Assembly: GCA_965277805.1 (NCBI GenBank)
Contig: OZ255842.1
Location: 3,680,001-3,744,000 of the forward strand
Source of the DNA: Candidatus Lustribacter sp.
Lineage (GTDB): Bacteria; Vulcanimicrobiota; Vulcanimicrobiia; Vulcanimicrobiales; Vulcanimicrobiaceae
Direction of reading: 5' to 3'
Length of the DNA stretch: 64,000 nt
The stretch's first letter is position 1. Every line of letters starts with the position of its first letter. The position numbers and the translations under genes were made by a program. The notes beneath the pieces were generated by a model, which was given only the letters and a program-made list of their open reading frames with translations, did no database searches and had not been told where the DNA came from. Below, piece after piece: positions 19,261-28,568 of this stretch.

Positions 19261-20473
19261 AGAGCATCGATAGCAAGACGAGCCCGTGACCCGCGGCCAA
19301 CACCCCGACAACCGCGGCGAGATTGGGGTGCCAAAGGGATAGGACGCTGATTTCGGCGATTGCCGCGATCAGCGCGGGGATAACGAAATCGTAGCGGTGG
19401 AGACCCATCTTGTACGCCGACACCACGTAGGCCATCGAGAGGCAGCCGCTCGCGATCGCGTAGGTCAAGACGAGCGGCGCGGCATCGCCGAACGCACGGC
19501 CGGAGATCAAGGTTACGATAAAGCGTGGCGCTATGGCGGAAATGAGCAGCGCGATCGCAATCATCCCCGCCGCGAGGGCCACCGCACTGCCGAGTAGGGG
19601 CAGTGTCGATTGACCGGCCGCCGCGCGCGAGGAGACTTTCGGCATAACCAGGGTCGGCACGAACGATACCGCGGCGACGATGGCGCGCCCAACAAACGCA
19701 GCCGATGCATACAATCCGGCCGCGCGCGGATCGAAGAAATGCTTCACCAGCGGAATGTCATAGTACGTCAGGATCACGAGCGTCAGCTGACCCAACCCCA
19801 CATGCGAGATGATTCGGCCGATGACGCCGGCTTCGAGACGAAGCCGTTCCCGCTGAGCGCCGAAGCGGACATGAAACGCGTACACTCCGTACGCCGCGGA
19901 AGCGACGCCGCCCAAAACCACCCCGGTGAGCGCACCATTCGCGCCGAACGGGCCGGCCAGCGCGACGCCGATCGCGACCTTCGTTGCGGCCTCGATCGAG
20001 AGCGACAGAGAGAAATCACCGTAGTGCTGCGCGCCTTGTAACACGCCGCGTTGCACGGAGATGACCCCGAGAACGGCCAGCGCCACCACCACGATGACGA
20101 CCGGCTCGACCTCGTTCAGCTGGAAATAGGCGGCGATCGATTCACGAAAGACATAGCCGAGCGCAATCACGATACCGGCGACGACGCATGAGCCCGCCGT
20201 CACCACGTCTGCGAGCCGGCGCAAGGCGGCCGTGTCTTTGCGATTCGCGAGATCCGCAGCCAGACGCGCGCAAATCAATTGCGCGACGATTGCCGGTGCG
20301 CCGATGACGAGTTCCGCCGAAACGAGCGACGTGACGACGCCGTAGGGTTCGACGCCGAGACGGCGGCCCAGCAGCGAGAAGAACAAATAGCCGAAGACGT
20401 TCGTGAAGACGACGCCCGCGAACACGAGCGTGCCGTGGCGAACGAGTTCGCTTCGGCGTAGGCGGGAGATCAC
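19217..20473 (-). CDS. Wzx-like polysaccharide flippase (MOP superfamily)
   Basis: About 12 TM helices; RRLGVEPYG, DIPLVKHFF...AGLYASA; last gene of a coupled glycan operon. Confidence 0.8.
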   Translation of the reverse strand: MISRLRRSELVRHGTLVFAGVVFTNVFGYLFFSLLGRRLGVEPYGVVTSLVSAELVIGAPAIVAQLICARLAADLANRKDTAALRRLADVVTAGSCVVAGIVIALGYVFRESIAAYFQLNEVEPVVIVVVALAVLGVISVQRGVLQGAQHYGDFSLSLSIEAATKVAIGVALAGPFGANGALTGVVLGGVASAAYGVYAFHVRFGAQRERLRLEAGVIGRIISHVGLGQLTLVILTYYDIPLVKHFFDPRAAGLYASAAFVGRAIVAAVSFVPTLVMPKVSSRAAAGQSTLPLLGSAVALAAGMIAIALLISAIAPRFIVTLISGRAFGDAAPLVLTYAIASGCLSMAYVVSAYKMGLHRYDFVIPALIAAIAEISVLSLWHPNLAAVVGVLAAGHGLVLLSMLFRVWSTNAVPQQPP

Positions 20474-22620
20474 TCCACGTCGGCGGTTTCGGTGGCCGGA
20501 TGGATCTGCTCGAGGGCCTCTAGCACCGCCGTTGCAACCGCGGCCGGGGCATAGCGTGCGCGAACACGCCGGCCTTCGCCGGCCATTGCAGTGCGCAGCC
20601 CGCGGTCGGTGGCGACGATGCGCACCAGCGCGGCGATCCGCCGAGCATCGAAGGTGTCGGCCACGATACCGCAGGCTTCGATCGTCTCGAGCACCGTTAC
20701 GTCGCCGAGCGCAACGATCGGGAGGTCGAACCAGAGGGGCGTCACGGCGCTTTCAATCGAGATCGGCCGGCCCACGGCGAGCGCGACGGTGGCCGCGCGA
20801 TAGGCGGCGTAGCGTTCCGTCGATCCGTCGCCGACGAGCACGACTTCGTTGTGCAGATCGAGTTCCTCGCGCTCGTGCAGCAGCGTTCGCTGCGCCTCGT
20901 CATCGCAGTCGGCCGCGAACACTAAGAGACGCGCTTCGCGTTCGAACGCGAGATACGCAACAAACGTATCGAGCAGCCGGCGTGCTTCGTCGGGTCCGAG
21001 CGGCGAAATCGAGAGCAGCACGTACTTGCCGTCGGACCAGCGATCGTGCGCCGGGTGCAGCCCCTCCCACGGCGCGGGCGATACGGCGTGCGGAAGCACG
21101 CGCGCGATGATGCCCGCTTCTTCCAGTTGCGCCGCGACCGCGTGTGACGGCGCGAAAACCGGCCGGCTTTGCCGCGAAGCGGGCAACTCACCGTCGTGTG
21201 CGACGTACGCGTCGGCCGCAATCGGAGGCGAGGCCGCCGTAACGTGCGAGATCCGGCGCGCATCCGGGTGCGGCCGCAACGATCCCGCGATCGTGACGGT
21301 GGAAACGGCGCCGGCGGCGTTCAGCGCTTCTGATAGTGCTTGCGCGTAACGCGCTACCGGGGCGTCGCCTAACGGGACGACGTTCTCAATGCGCGGTCCG
21401 GCCGGTGGAGAGAGGCGCGAGGTGAGGGCGTCGAGCGTGCGGCGCGCGACGGCGTCCCAACCGCCGTTGTCGAGCGCCGCAGCCCAGCCGCGGGCACCGA
21501 GCGCATCGACGTCCTCGTCGGCCGATTCGTCCACGGCCGCGAGCATGCGGATCCAGTCCTCGAGCGACGTGCCGATCCAGCCGCCGCCGGCGTCTTCCAC
21601 CGCACGCGCCGTTGCACGGCAATCACCGTGAACGAGAACGGGGCGGCGCGCAAACCACGCTTCGTAGATTGCGCGCGAAAAACTTTCGTGAATGCTGGGC
21701 TGCGCCAGCGCCCGCGCGTACGTGAGCAGTGCCGCCTTTGCCGGCTCGTTGACGGCGCCGAGATCGAGGATGCCGTCGCCGCTGCGCGATGCGCTGCGCG
21801 GGCCGGCCAGCACCAGTTGCAGCGACGTCGAGATGCGACGCTTGCGGAACGTGCTGAATGCTTCGACGAGGAAGTCGACGTTTTTCGATGTGTCTTGACG
21901 GCCGAGATAAAGCACGTAGCGCGAACGGTGCGGGGCGAAGCCGCCGACCGTGATTGGCTTGGCCGGCGGTGCTACGGGCTCGACTGCGTGGCCGATCACG
22001 CGGCTTTTCGCCAGCACGCCCGGACCGTAGATCGCGGTCGCGGTTTCTTCTTCGCCTGCGCTGTTGAAGAGCAGGCCTTTCGCGGCGGCGAACTCCGCGC
22101 GCACGGGGTCGATGTAGGCGTAGGCTTCGTCGTGCAGACATGGGATCAGGAACGCGCGATCGGCGACGAGCGAAACGCCGGAGAGTGCCGGGCCGTAGAG
22201 GTACGGTACGAAGATTACGGCATCGTACGACGCGCCGGCATCGCGCAGATGCGCGAGCAGGGCGCGACTGTTGATGTTTTCGTTGACGAAGGCGCGCGTT
22301 TGTACGGGGTCGAGCGAGTTGCGGTCGCCGCGCAGGCCGATGCGCGGCATGGTCGTGAGAACGGTGTTGGCGCGGTTGAACGCGACGCGATCGCGCGTGT
22401 CGACGGGGAAGCGGCGGAGGATCACGCCGGTACCGTCTTCGGTGACGCCGCTGCGATGGTAGTTGGCCCCCCAGTCGTCGAGGAACGAGCGACAGCAGGT
22501 TGATAGCACGTCGACCTTTGCGCCGGCGCGGACGAGTGCGTGGGCGATCTCCCAAGCGAGGCGTTCTGCGCCGCCGATGAGTTCGCGGCCGTACCATGGG
22601 GTGACGAGCGCTAATCTCAC
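20470..22620 (-). CDS. Double-domain GT4 glycosyltransferase with a degenerate second domain
   Basis: Start reassigned to GTG 22620 (VRLALVTPWYGRELIGGAE, GTGA overlap); YLGRQDTSKN, PSIHESFSRAIYEAW; paralog of 15794-18067. Confidence 0.88.
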   Translation of the reverse strand: MRLALVTPWYGRELIGGAERLAWEIAHALVRAGAKVDVLSTCCRSFLDDWGANYHRSGVTEDGTGVILRRFPVDTRDRVAFNRANTVLTTMPRIGLRGDRNSLDPVQTRAFVNENINSRALLAHLRDAGASYDAVIFVPYLYGPALSGVSLVADRAFLIPCLHDEAYAYIDPVRAEFAAAKGLLFNSAGEEETATAIYGPGVLAKSRVIGHAVEPVAPPAKPITVGGFAPHRSRYVLYLGRQDTSKNVDFLVEAFSTFRKRRISTSLQLVLAGPRSASRSGDGILDLGAVNEPAKAALLTYARALAQPSIHESFSRAIYEAWFARRPVLVHGDCRATARAVEDAGGGWIGTSLEDWIRMLAAVDESADEDVDALGARGWAAALDNGGWDAVARRTLDALTSRLSPPAGPRIENVVPLGDAPVARYAQALSEALNAAGAVSTVTIAGSLRPHPDARRISHVTAASPPIAADAYVAHDGELPASRQSRPVFAPSHAVAAQLEEAGIIARVLPHAVSPAPWEGLHPAHDRWSDGKYVLLSISPLGPDEARRLLDTFVAYLAFEREARLLVFAADCDDEAQRTLLHEREELDLHNEVVLVGDGSTERYAAYRAATVALAVGRPISIESAVTPLWFDLPIVALGDVTVLETIEACGIVADTFDARRIAALVRIVATDRGLRTAMAGEGRRVRARYAPAAVATAVLEALEQIHPATETADVE

Positions 22621-23138
22621 GGTGGGGGCGGTCCCTCGACGGCGCGCCCTTTGGGCGCTTTGCTCGGGATGACATCGCCACCAACACTGCTGCCGCTGCT
22701 GGCACTTGCGTCGCTGCGGGTGGCGATGCGTTGGGCTCGGGTGGTGGCGCGTTCGGCTTCTAGGCGGACTTCTAGGGTTTCGATGCGGTCGAGGAGGGTT
22801 TGGATGAGGGCTAGTGTTTCGCGCTGGGCGCGGATTAGGGCGTTGTTGGCTTCGTATTGGTCGCGGAACGCCATCGACATGATTGAGAGGACGGCTTTTT
22901 TTAGCCGTTCCGACGATGAGATGAGCGGGACGCGGAGATCGGCGGGCCAGGTGGCGCGCGGCGTCGAGCGCTGCTCGGCGAAGTTCAACTGCGATTCGAT
23001 GGCGCGGGCGTGGACCGTAGCCGCTAGGCGGGCGAGACGTTCCTCGCCGTCTCCTGCCTCGGGATCGCGGGCGAGTTCGGCATCGATGCGGCGTTCGAGA
23101 TCGTCGACGTCGATGCGCGGATTGCGAGACCGGATCAT
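22617..23138 (-). CDS. Small coiled-coil hypothetical protein with a REP-derived C-terminal tail
   Basis: MIRSRNPRIDVDDL aligns with MIKPNNPLVDAEAL; overlaps both neighbours (ATGA and GTGA). Confidence 0.75.
   Translation of the reverse strand: MIRSRNPRIDVDDLERRIDAELARDPEAGDGEERLARLAATVHARAIESQLNFAEQRSTPRATWPADLRVPLISSSERLKKAVLSIMSMAFRDQYEANNALIRAQRETLALIQTLLDRIETLEVRLEAERATTRAQRIATRSDASASSGSSVGGDVIPSKAPKGRAVEGPPPP
22627..22674 (-). repeat. REP-like palindromic repeat, intragenic copy
   Basis: Minus strand reads TGTCATCCCGAGC-AAAGCGCCCAAAGGGCGCGCC-GTCGAGGGACCGCC; both arms identical to the copy at 52209-52237. Confidence 0.8.
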
Positions 23139-24493
23139 CTTGCTCTCGTCTTTTCGCGAGACGGGCGAGGGGCAACTTCCGTCGCCCGTGCTTTGCGGCG
23201 GCCGATCCCGGTGTACGATAAGCCGGCCGCGACAACGGCCTCAGGATCGAACAGGTTACGGCCGTCGATCACTGCGTCGCCGCGCATCGTTTTTTTGACG
23301 CGCTCGAAGTCGAGGGTCTTGTACTCGTTCCATTCGGTTGCGAGCACCAGCGCGTCGCTGCCGGTCAGCGCGTCGTACACCCGTTCGCAGGCGACAATCC
23401 GCTCGCCGAGACGCTCGCGAACGCTTTTCAGCGCTACCGGATCGTGCGCGCGAACGTGCGCGCCGGCAGCGAGAAGCCGCTCGATCAGCAGCAACGCCGG
23501 CGCCTCCCGGATGTCGTCGGTGTCGGGTTTGAACGCCAGGCCGAGAACGCTAATGATTTTGCCGCTAACGGATCCGCCGAGTGCTGCCGCCACTTTGTCG
23601 CACGTGCGGCCGATTTGGCGGCGGTTCACGCCCGCGACAGCCCCCAAGAGCGACGCCTCATATTGCCGCGCGGCGGCGAGCTGCTCGAGTGCCTGAAGAT
23701 CCTTCGGCAAGCACGATCCGCCGAAGCCGATCCCCGCGCGCATTGCGTGCGTTCCGATCCGGTGATCGAGGCCGATGCCGCGCTGCACGGTGTCGATGTC
23801 GACATCGACCGCATCGCAGATGTTGGCGATCTCGTTCATGAACGAAATCTTCGTGGCCAAAAAAGCATTAGCGGCGTACTTGATCACTTCGGCCGTGCGA
23901 ACGTCGGTGACGACGATCGGCGCGTTGAGCGGACGATAGAGCTCGCGCACGATCGCTTCCGCCGCGGCGTCGTTCGCGCCGATCACGATGCGGTCGGGTT
24001 GCATGAAGTCGGCGATCGCCGAGCCTTCGCGCAAGAATTCGGGATTGCTGACAACGGCGACGCGGTGATGATCGGTTGAATTTTCCGCAATCAGCGACGC
24101 GATGAGTTCCCCGGTTTCCACCGGCGCCGTCGATTTGGAAACAATGACTTTCGAACCGTTGAGAGCGTTGCCGATCGCAACGGCTACCGCGCGCAGCGCC
24201 GAGAGATCGGCCATACCGTCTTCACCGGTTGGAGTGTCGACCGCGATGAAGACGATCTCCGCGGTCCGGACGGCCTCCGCCAGATCGGTCGAAAACGAAA
24301 GGCGCGCTGCGCCGAGATTGCGCGCGATCAGCTCCGCCAGCTGCGGTTCGTAGATCGGCGGCGTACCGGCGCGCAGCAACTCGATCTTCGCCTCGTTGTT
24401 GTCGACGCAGACCACGCTGTTGCCGAGTTCGGCGAAGCACGTACCGGTAACGAGGCCAACGTACCCCGTGCCGATCACCGCGATGCGCTTCAT
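23135..24493 (-). CDS. ugd: UDP-glucose 6-dehydrogenase
   Basis: Start reassigned to ATG 24493 (MKRIAVIGTGYVGL); SNPEFLREGSA, KYAANAFLATKISF, GFGGSCLPKD, GLAFKPDTDDIRE. Confidence 0.92.
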   Translation of the reverse strand: MKRIAVIGTGYVGLVTGTCFAELGNSVVCVDNNEAKIELLRAGTPPIYEPQLAELIARNLGAARLSFSTDLAEAVRTAEIVFIAVDTPTGEDGMADLSALRAVAVAIGNALNGSKVIVSKSTAPVETGELIASLIAENSTDHHRVAVVSNPEFLREGSAIADFMQPDRIVIGANDAAAEAIVRELYRPLNAPIVVTDVRTAEVIKYAANAFLATKISFMNEIANICDAVDVDIDTVQRGIGLDHRIGTHAMRAGIGFGGSCLPKDLQALEQLAAARQYEASLLGAVAGVNRRQIGRTCDKVAAALGGSVSGKIISVLGLAFKPDTDDIREAPALLLIERLLAAGAHVRAHDPVALKSVRERLGERIVACERVYDALTGSDALVLATEWNEYKTLDFERVKKTMRGDAVIDGRNLFDPEAVVAAGLSYTGIGRRKARATEVAPRPSREKTRAR

Positions 24494-25815
24494 GTCGACT
24501 CCGGTACGGGCCCGACGTCGTTGCGTGCGGCCAACACCTCGACAACGCCGATGGCCAGCAAGATCGCCCAGAACACGCCGACCTTCGGATAGAACCAGAG
24601 GTAGTCGAAGATCTGGTGGAGCGCCAACGCGATGTTGGCCGCAAACACGCCGATGAGCAGGGGCCGGCGCGAAAACGAACGCGCGAACGTCGCGAAAATC
24701 GTCCACAGGAGGTAGAGGGTCGCGGCGAAACCCACGAGGCCGGTTTCGCTCAGCGCCTGCAAGTAGAGGCTGTTGGCATGCGTCTGCACCTCCGGATGCC
24801 CAACGAGGCCAAGCTCGAATTCGAAGTTACCGGCGCCGATGCCCACCAGCGGCGACATGCGCCACAGATTGAGCGCCGCCATCCAAAGGATGTTGCGCGT
24901 CCCTAGGTGGTCGGGCGTCGAGACCTCCGCCACGCTGAAGAACCGCGCCTCGAGACCGAAGGCGAGCCCGACCCCGACGAGAATCGCGGCGACGATCGTG
25001 GCTCCCGCCGCGAAGCTCAGTCCCACGCGACGCGTCGGTCGCGTAACGATGAGGACGACGGCGAACGCCGCCAGCGCTGCGACGATGCCGGAGCGCGAAA
25101 TCGTCGCGGCCTCGGCGCAGGCGGACAACACGACGGCACCGATCAGCCACGGATTGCGATCAGTGAGCATCCGGGCGAACAGCACCGGAATCAGGAGATT
25201 CAACCAGCCGGCAAACTGGTTGGGACCTTCCAGCGTGCCGGCGACGCGCGGCACTTTCTGAATGCCGACGTAGAGTCCCGACGACGCCCCGAACAGCAGT
25301 TCCGAAACAGCGACGGCTGCCTCGAAGAACGCAATCCCGATCAGTGACGCCCAGATCGGACGATCATCAGGATCGAACGCAAAGCCCACGACCACGGCCG
25401 CGAAGACAGCGGTATATTCGAGCCACTTGAAGAGCTCGCGCACGACGGCATCTTCATGCAGCGCGTGGAGCGCTGACAGCACGATCGCGGCCAAAACTCC
25501 GCCAAGCGCCAGCAGCAGCGCACGGACCGGTTTTTCCCGGAGCACGCGCAGCGACGCGCGATGGAAGATCAGACCGATCACAAACCCGATCAGCGCCACC
25601 TTCGGCACGGTGATCGAGGTGCCGAGCACGTAGCGCGCGTCGGCAAACGGCGCGCTGAGGATCAATGCGCCGACGCCGAGCGACGGCCGCCGGTACGCAA
25701 GCAAGCCGACGCCGATCGCGATCACCACAAAGAACAGCGCGTTCAGCGGGTCGAGCGCGAGGTGCGGCGGCACCCACACCGCCGGAAAAACGTAACCCGG
25801 TTGCCAGCGGATCAT
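24490..25815 (-). CDS. O-antigen ligase family (WaaL/Wzy_C) membrane protein
   Basis: RVAGTLEGPN, TISRSG, R..LW...SPLVGIGAGNF, HANSLYLQALSETGLVG. Confidence 0.85.
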   Translation of the reverse strand: MIRWQPGYVFPAVWVPPHLALDPLNALFFVVIAIGVGLLAYRRPSLGVGALILSAPFADARYVLGTSITVPKVALIGFVIGLIFHRASLRVLREKPVRALLLALGGVLAAIVLSALHALHEDAVVRELFKWLEYTAVFAAVVVGFAFDPDDRPIWASLIGIAFFEAAVAVSELLFGASSGLYVGIQKVPRVAGTLEGPNQFAGWLNLLIPVLFARMLTDRNPWLIGAVVLSACAEAATISRSGIVAALAAFAVVLIVTRPTRRVGLSFAAGATIVAAILVGVGLAFGLEARFFSVAEVSTPDHLGTRNILWMAALNLWRMSPLVGIGAGNFEFELGLVGHPEVQTHANSLYLQALSETGLVGFAATLYLLWTIFATFARSFSRRPLLIGVFAANIALALHQIFDYLWFYPKVGVFWAILLAIGVVEVLAARNDVGPVPEST

Positions 25816-25841
25816 GAGCGTGAAGGACGAAGATCGGAAAC

Positions 25842-26267
25842 GTGTTGCGTCTGCCCCTGATCGTACTGCTCATCGCGTTGCTCAACGGCATCGCCGCCGC
25901 CGAATCGTATGTCGTCAGCCCGAAAGCAAGCGACGAAACGAAGGCCGCGGTTGCCGCGGGACGTCCGCCCGAGCACGGATTCCCGGAAATTCATGACGTC
26001 GAGTTCACGAGTTCGGCGCAGCTCCGTCCGGGGACGAATCTTCAAGCGACCGTCGTGACCTCGCCCAACGTGACCTATGTTGAAGGCCGCGTGAAATATT
26101 GGAACGTTCCGTTCCGGCAAACGGCGTCCGGCAAGTTCGACATCGACTACCGCGTGCCGTTCTTGCCGCCGAATGCGCTCGGCCATTGGGATCTCGAAGT
26201 CATCGCGCGGTCGGTCGACGGCGTCGAGGTCAAGCGAACGTTCCCCGTCACCTACAAGTACTTCTAA
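25842..26267 (+). CDS. Small exported hypothetical protein with an Ig-like beta domain
   Basis: Signal peptide ending AAA; beta-rich domain similar to the C-terminus of 40758-41306. Confidence 0.7.
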   Translation: MLRLPLIVLLIALLNGIAAAESYVVSPKASDETKAAVAAGRPPEHGFPEIHDVEFTSSAQLRPGTNLQATVVTSPNVTYVEGRVKYWNVPFRQTASGKFDIDYRVPFLPPNALGHWDLEVIARSVDGVEVKRTFPVTYKYF

Positions 26268-26275
26268 CGGCACGT

Positions 26276-27865
26276 TCACGGTAAGGGGACCAGTTCGCGC
26301 GCTTTCCGCCGGAAGAGGATGTCGATCGCTAGATCCAGTTCCTCGCTGTCGACGATGCGCGCCAGCGCGAGGAACAGGAAGCCGCCGAAAATTAAATGCT
26401 CGACGAGGTTGGTCGAGCGCGCGATGAACGTCGGCTCGGGCGGAACGCGATAGATCTGCACGACCGCGAGCGCCACGCCCATCGCCGCGCTGCAGCTGAG
26501 CACCTTGAACGCGGACACCAGAATGCCGCGCACATCGAAACCGCCGAGCAACTGCCACACGACCGCACCCAGCGCAAGCGTTTGCAGCGTTTGACTCACC
26601 GCGTTGGCAAGCAACAGCCCCCGCGCGCCGAGGCTCGGCAGCCAATAGATCGAGAGCAGCACGTTCACCACGACGGTGGCAACCGAGATGATGATCGTCG
26701 CGCGCACGGCGTTGCACGCGAAGAGATAGCGCGTGAGGATGATGTTGCCGGCCACGGCCACGAGCCCGACGGCAGCATACGGCAGCAGCGACGCGCAAAG
26801 CACCGTGGCCTCGGGCGTGAACGCGCCGCGTTCGAACAGCGTTTGCACGATCGGGCCGGCGAGCATGCACAGGCCCATCACCGATGGGATCGTCAAGAAC
26901 AGCACGATCTTCAAGCCGGTCGCGATGCTGCGGCGCATCGCAGAGCGATTCTTGCTCGCGAATTGGCTCGCGAACACGGGGAAGATAACGGTGGCGATTG
27001 CGGCGACGAACACTTGTTGCGGAAACCCGACCAGCTTCACCGCGTAGTTCATGCCGGCGATCGAGCCGACGCTCAGCCCCGAGGCGAAGTAGCGATCGAA
27101 GAACAGCGCGATCTGTCCGGCGGCCGAACCGATGGCGATCGGCCCCAAGACGATGAGCAGCCGCCGCAAGCCCGGATGCTGCCAGTCGATCACGATGCGG
27201 AAGCGGCGCAGCGAAAAGAAAACCGGCACTTGGACCAGCAGCTGCGCGAATGCGCCGGCCAGCGTGCCGAGCACGAGCGCGCCGATGCCCCAGTTGTGAA
27301 ATCCGATTACCACAAACGCGATCGTGAGCACGTTGGCGAACACGCCCTGCAACGCGGTTGCCGCAAAGCGGTGATACGCGTTGAGAATTGCCGCGAGGAT
27401 GCCGCTCAGGCTCGTCGCGATGATGCACGGCATGAGCCAGCGCGTCATCACGATCGCTTCATCTAGCCGGTGGCCCTGGAAGCGCGCGATCCACGGCACG
27501 TACACCGGCGCGAACCACGCGCCGAGCGCCGCAGCAAGCACGAGGCCGGCCGTGATGCAGAGGATCAGCGTGCTGGCCAACTGCCACGCGTCTTCTTCGC
27601 GATCGTTCACGTAGTAATCGGAGAAAATCGGCACGAGCGCGCTGACGAGCGCGCCGTTGAACACGCCGAAGAGAATCGTCGGCACCACGGTGGCCGCGAG
27701 AAACGCGTCCATGTCGCCCGACGCGCCGAAGTAGCGCGCGTTGAGCACCTCGCGGCCGAAGCCGAGCACCATCGATGCCAGCGTCGCCGCCATGACGATC
27801 ATCGTCGAACGCGCGACACGTTGCGGCGCGTGGTGCGCGCCGACGACGGTCAACCGAGGCTGCAT
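26276..27865 (-). CDS. murJ: Lipid II flippase MurJ/MviN
   Basis: LGFGRE...FGAS..MDAF, LVPIF, DRYFAS.L..GS...MNYA.KL..FP, LFERGAF. Confidence 0.9.
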   Translation of the reverse strand: MQPRLTVVGAHHAPQRVARSTMIVMAATLASMVLGFGREVLNARYFGASGDMDAFLAATVVPTILFGVFNGALVSALVPIFSDYYVNDREEDAWQLASTLILCITAGLVLAAALGAWFAPVYVPWIARFQGHRLDEAIVMTRWLMPCIIATSLSGILAAILNAYHRFAATALQGVFANVLTIAFVVIGFHNWGIGALVLGTLAGAFAQLLVQVPVFFSLRRFRIVIDWQHPGLRRLLIVLGPIAIGSAAGQIALFFDRYFASGLSVGSIAGMNYAVKLVGFPQQVFVAAIATVIFPVFASQFASKNRSAMRRSIATGLKIVLFLTIPSVMGLCMLAGPIVQTLFERGAFTPEATVLCASLLPYAAVGLVAVAGNIILTRYLFACNAVRATIIISVATVVVNVLLSIYWLPSLGARGLLLANAVSQTLQTLALGAVVWQLLGGFDVRGILVSAFKVLSCSAAMGVALAVVQIYRVPPEPTFIARSTNLVEHLIFGGFLFLALARIVDSEELDLAIDILFRRKARELVPLP

Positions 27866-27890
27866 CGGACCTCGCTACGCGGGGGTACGG

Positions 27891-28568
27891 TTAATGGGCA
27901 CCCACGCCGCGGATCACGGCAGGTATGGTTTGGGCGATGATCCCGAAATCGCCGAGCGGGGTCCACGTGTCGATGTACGCGTTATCCAATGCCATCCACT
28001 GCTCGAACGAGAGTTCGCACCGCCCCGAGACTTGCCACAAGCACGTCACGCCGGGCTTCACCGTGAGGCGGCGCCGCGCGCGTTCATCGTAGTGGGCCAC
28101 TTCCTCCGGGAGCGGGGGACGGGGCCCGACGATCGCCATATCGCCCAGCAGGACGTTCACGAAGTTGGGAAGTTCATCGATGCTGGTCCGCCGCAAGAGT
28201 GCGCCCAGCGGATGCAGCCGGGGGTCGCGCCGGAGCTTGAAGACGGGGCCGTCGGCCTCGTTGAGGTGGCGCACCTCGTGCCGGCGCTCGTGGGCGTCGG
28301 TCACCATGCTGCGGAGCTTATACATCTTGAATTTGCGGCCGTTCAGTCCCACGCGCTCCTGACGATAGAGCGGGCCCTCACCGGTGACCAGCACGATCCC
28401 GGCCATGGCGGCCAGCGTGATCGGCAGGGTGACCAGCAGGCCGACGGAGGCGACCGTGACGTCGATGGCGCGCTTGGCCGGACCATACCAAGCCGGCGTT
28501 TGGCGTGCCCCCAGGGTGCCGAGCGCGGACGGTGCCGGCGGCCCGAAGCGAGTCTCGAGAGCACTCAC
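27891..28568 (-). CDS. Priming (polyprenyl-phosphate) sugar transferase
   Basis: KRAIDV, LYRQERVGLNG..F.MYKLRSM, DPR...LG..LRRTSIDELPNFVNVLLGDMAIVGPRP, VKPGVTCLWQV. Confidence 0.92.
   Translation of the reverse strand: MSALETRFGPPAPSALGTLGARQTPAWYGPAKRAIDVTVASVGLLVTLPITLAAMAGIVLVTGEGPLYRQERVGLNGRKFKMYKLRSMVTDAHERRHEVRHLNEADGPVFKLRRDPRLHPLGALLRRTSIDELPNFVNVLLGDMAIVGPRPPLPEEVAHYDERARRRLTVKPGVTCLWQVSGRCELSFEQWMALDNAYIDTWTPLGDFGIIAQTIPAVIRGVGAH

Noticed and set aside
22621-23235. 205-aa N-terminal extension of the 921-aa ORF (similar extensions on ORFs 23135-24706, 13438-14523, 31178-32533, 62756-63790)
   Set aside because: The extensions overlap real neighbouring genes; internal starts give family-typical N-termini, mostly with ATGA/GTGA coupling.
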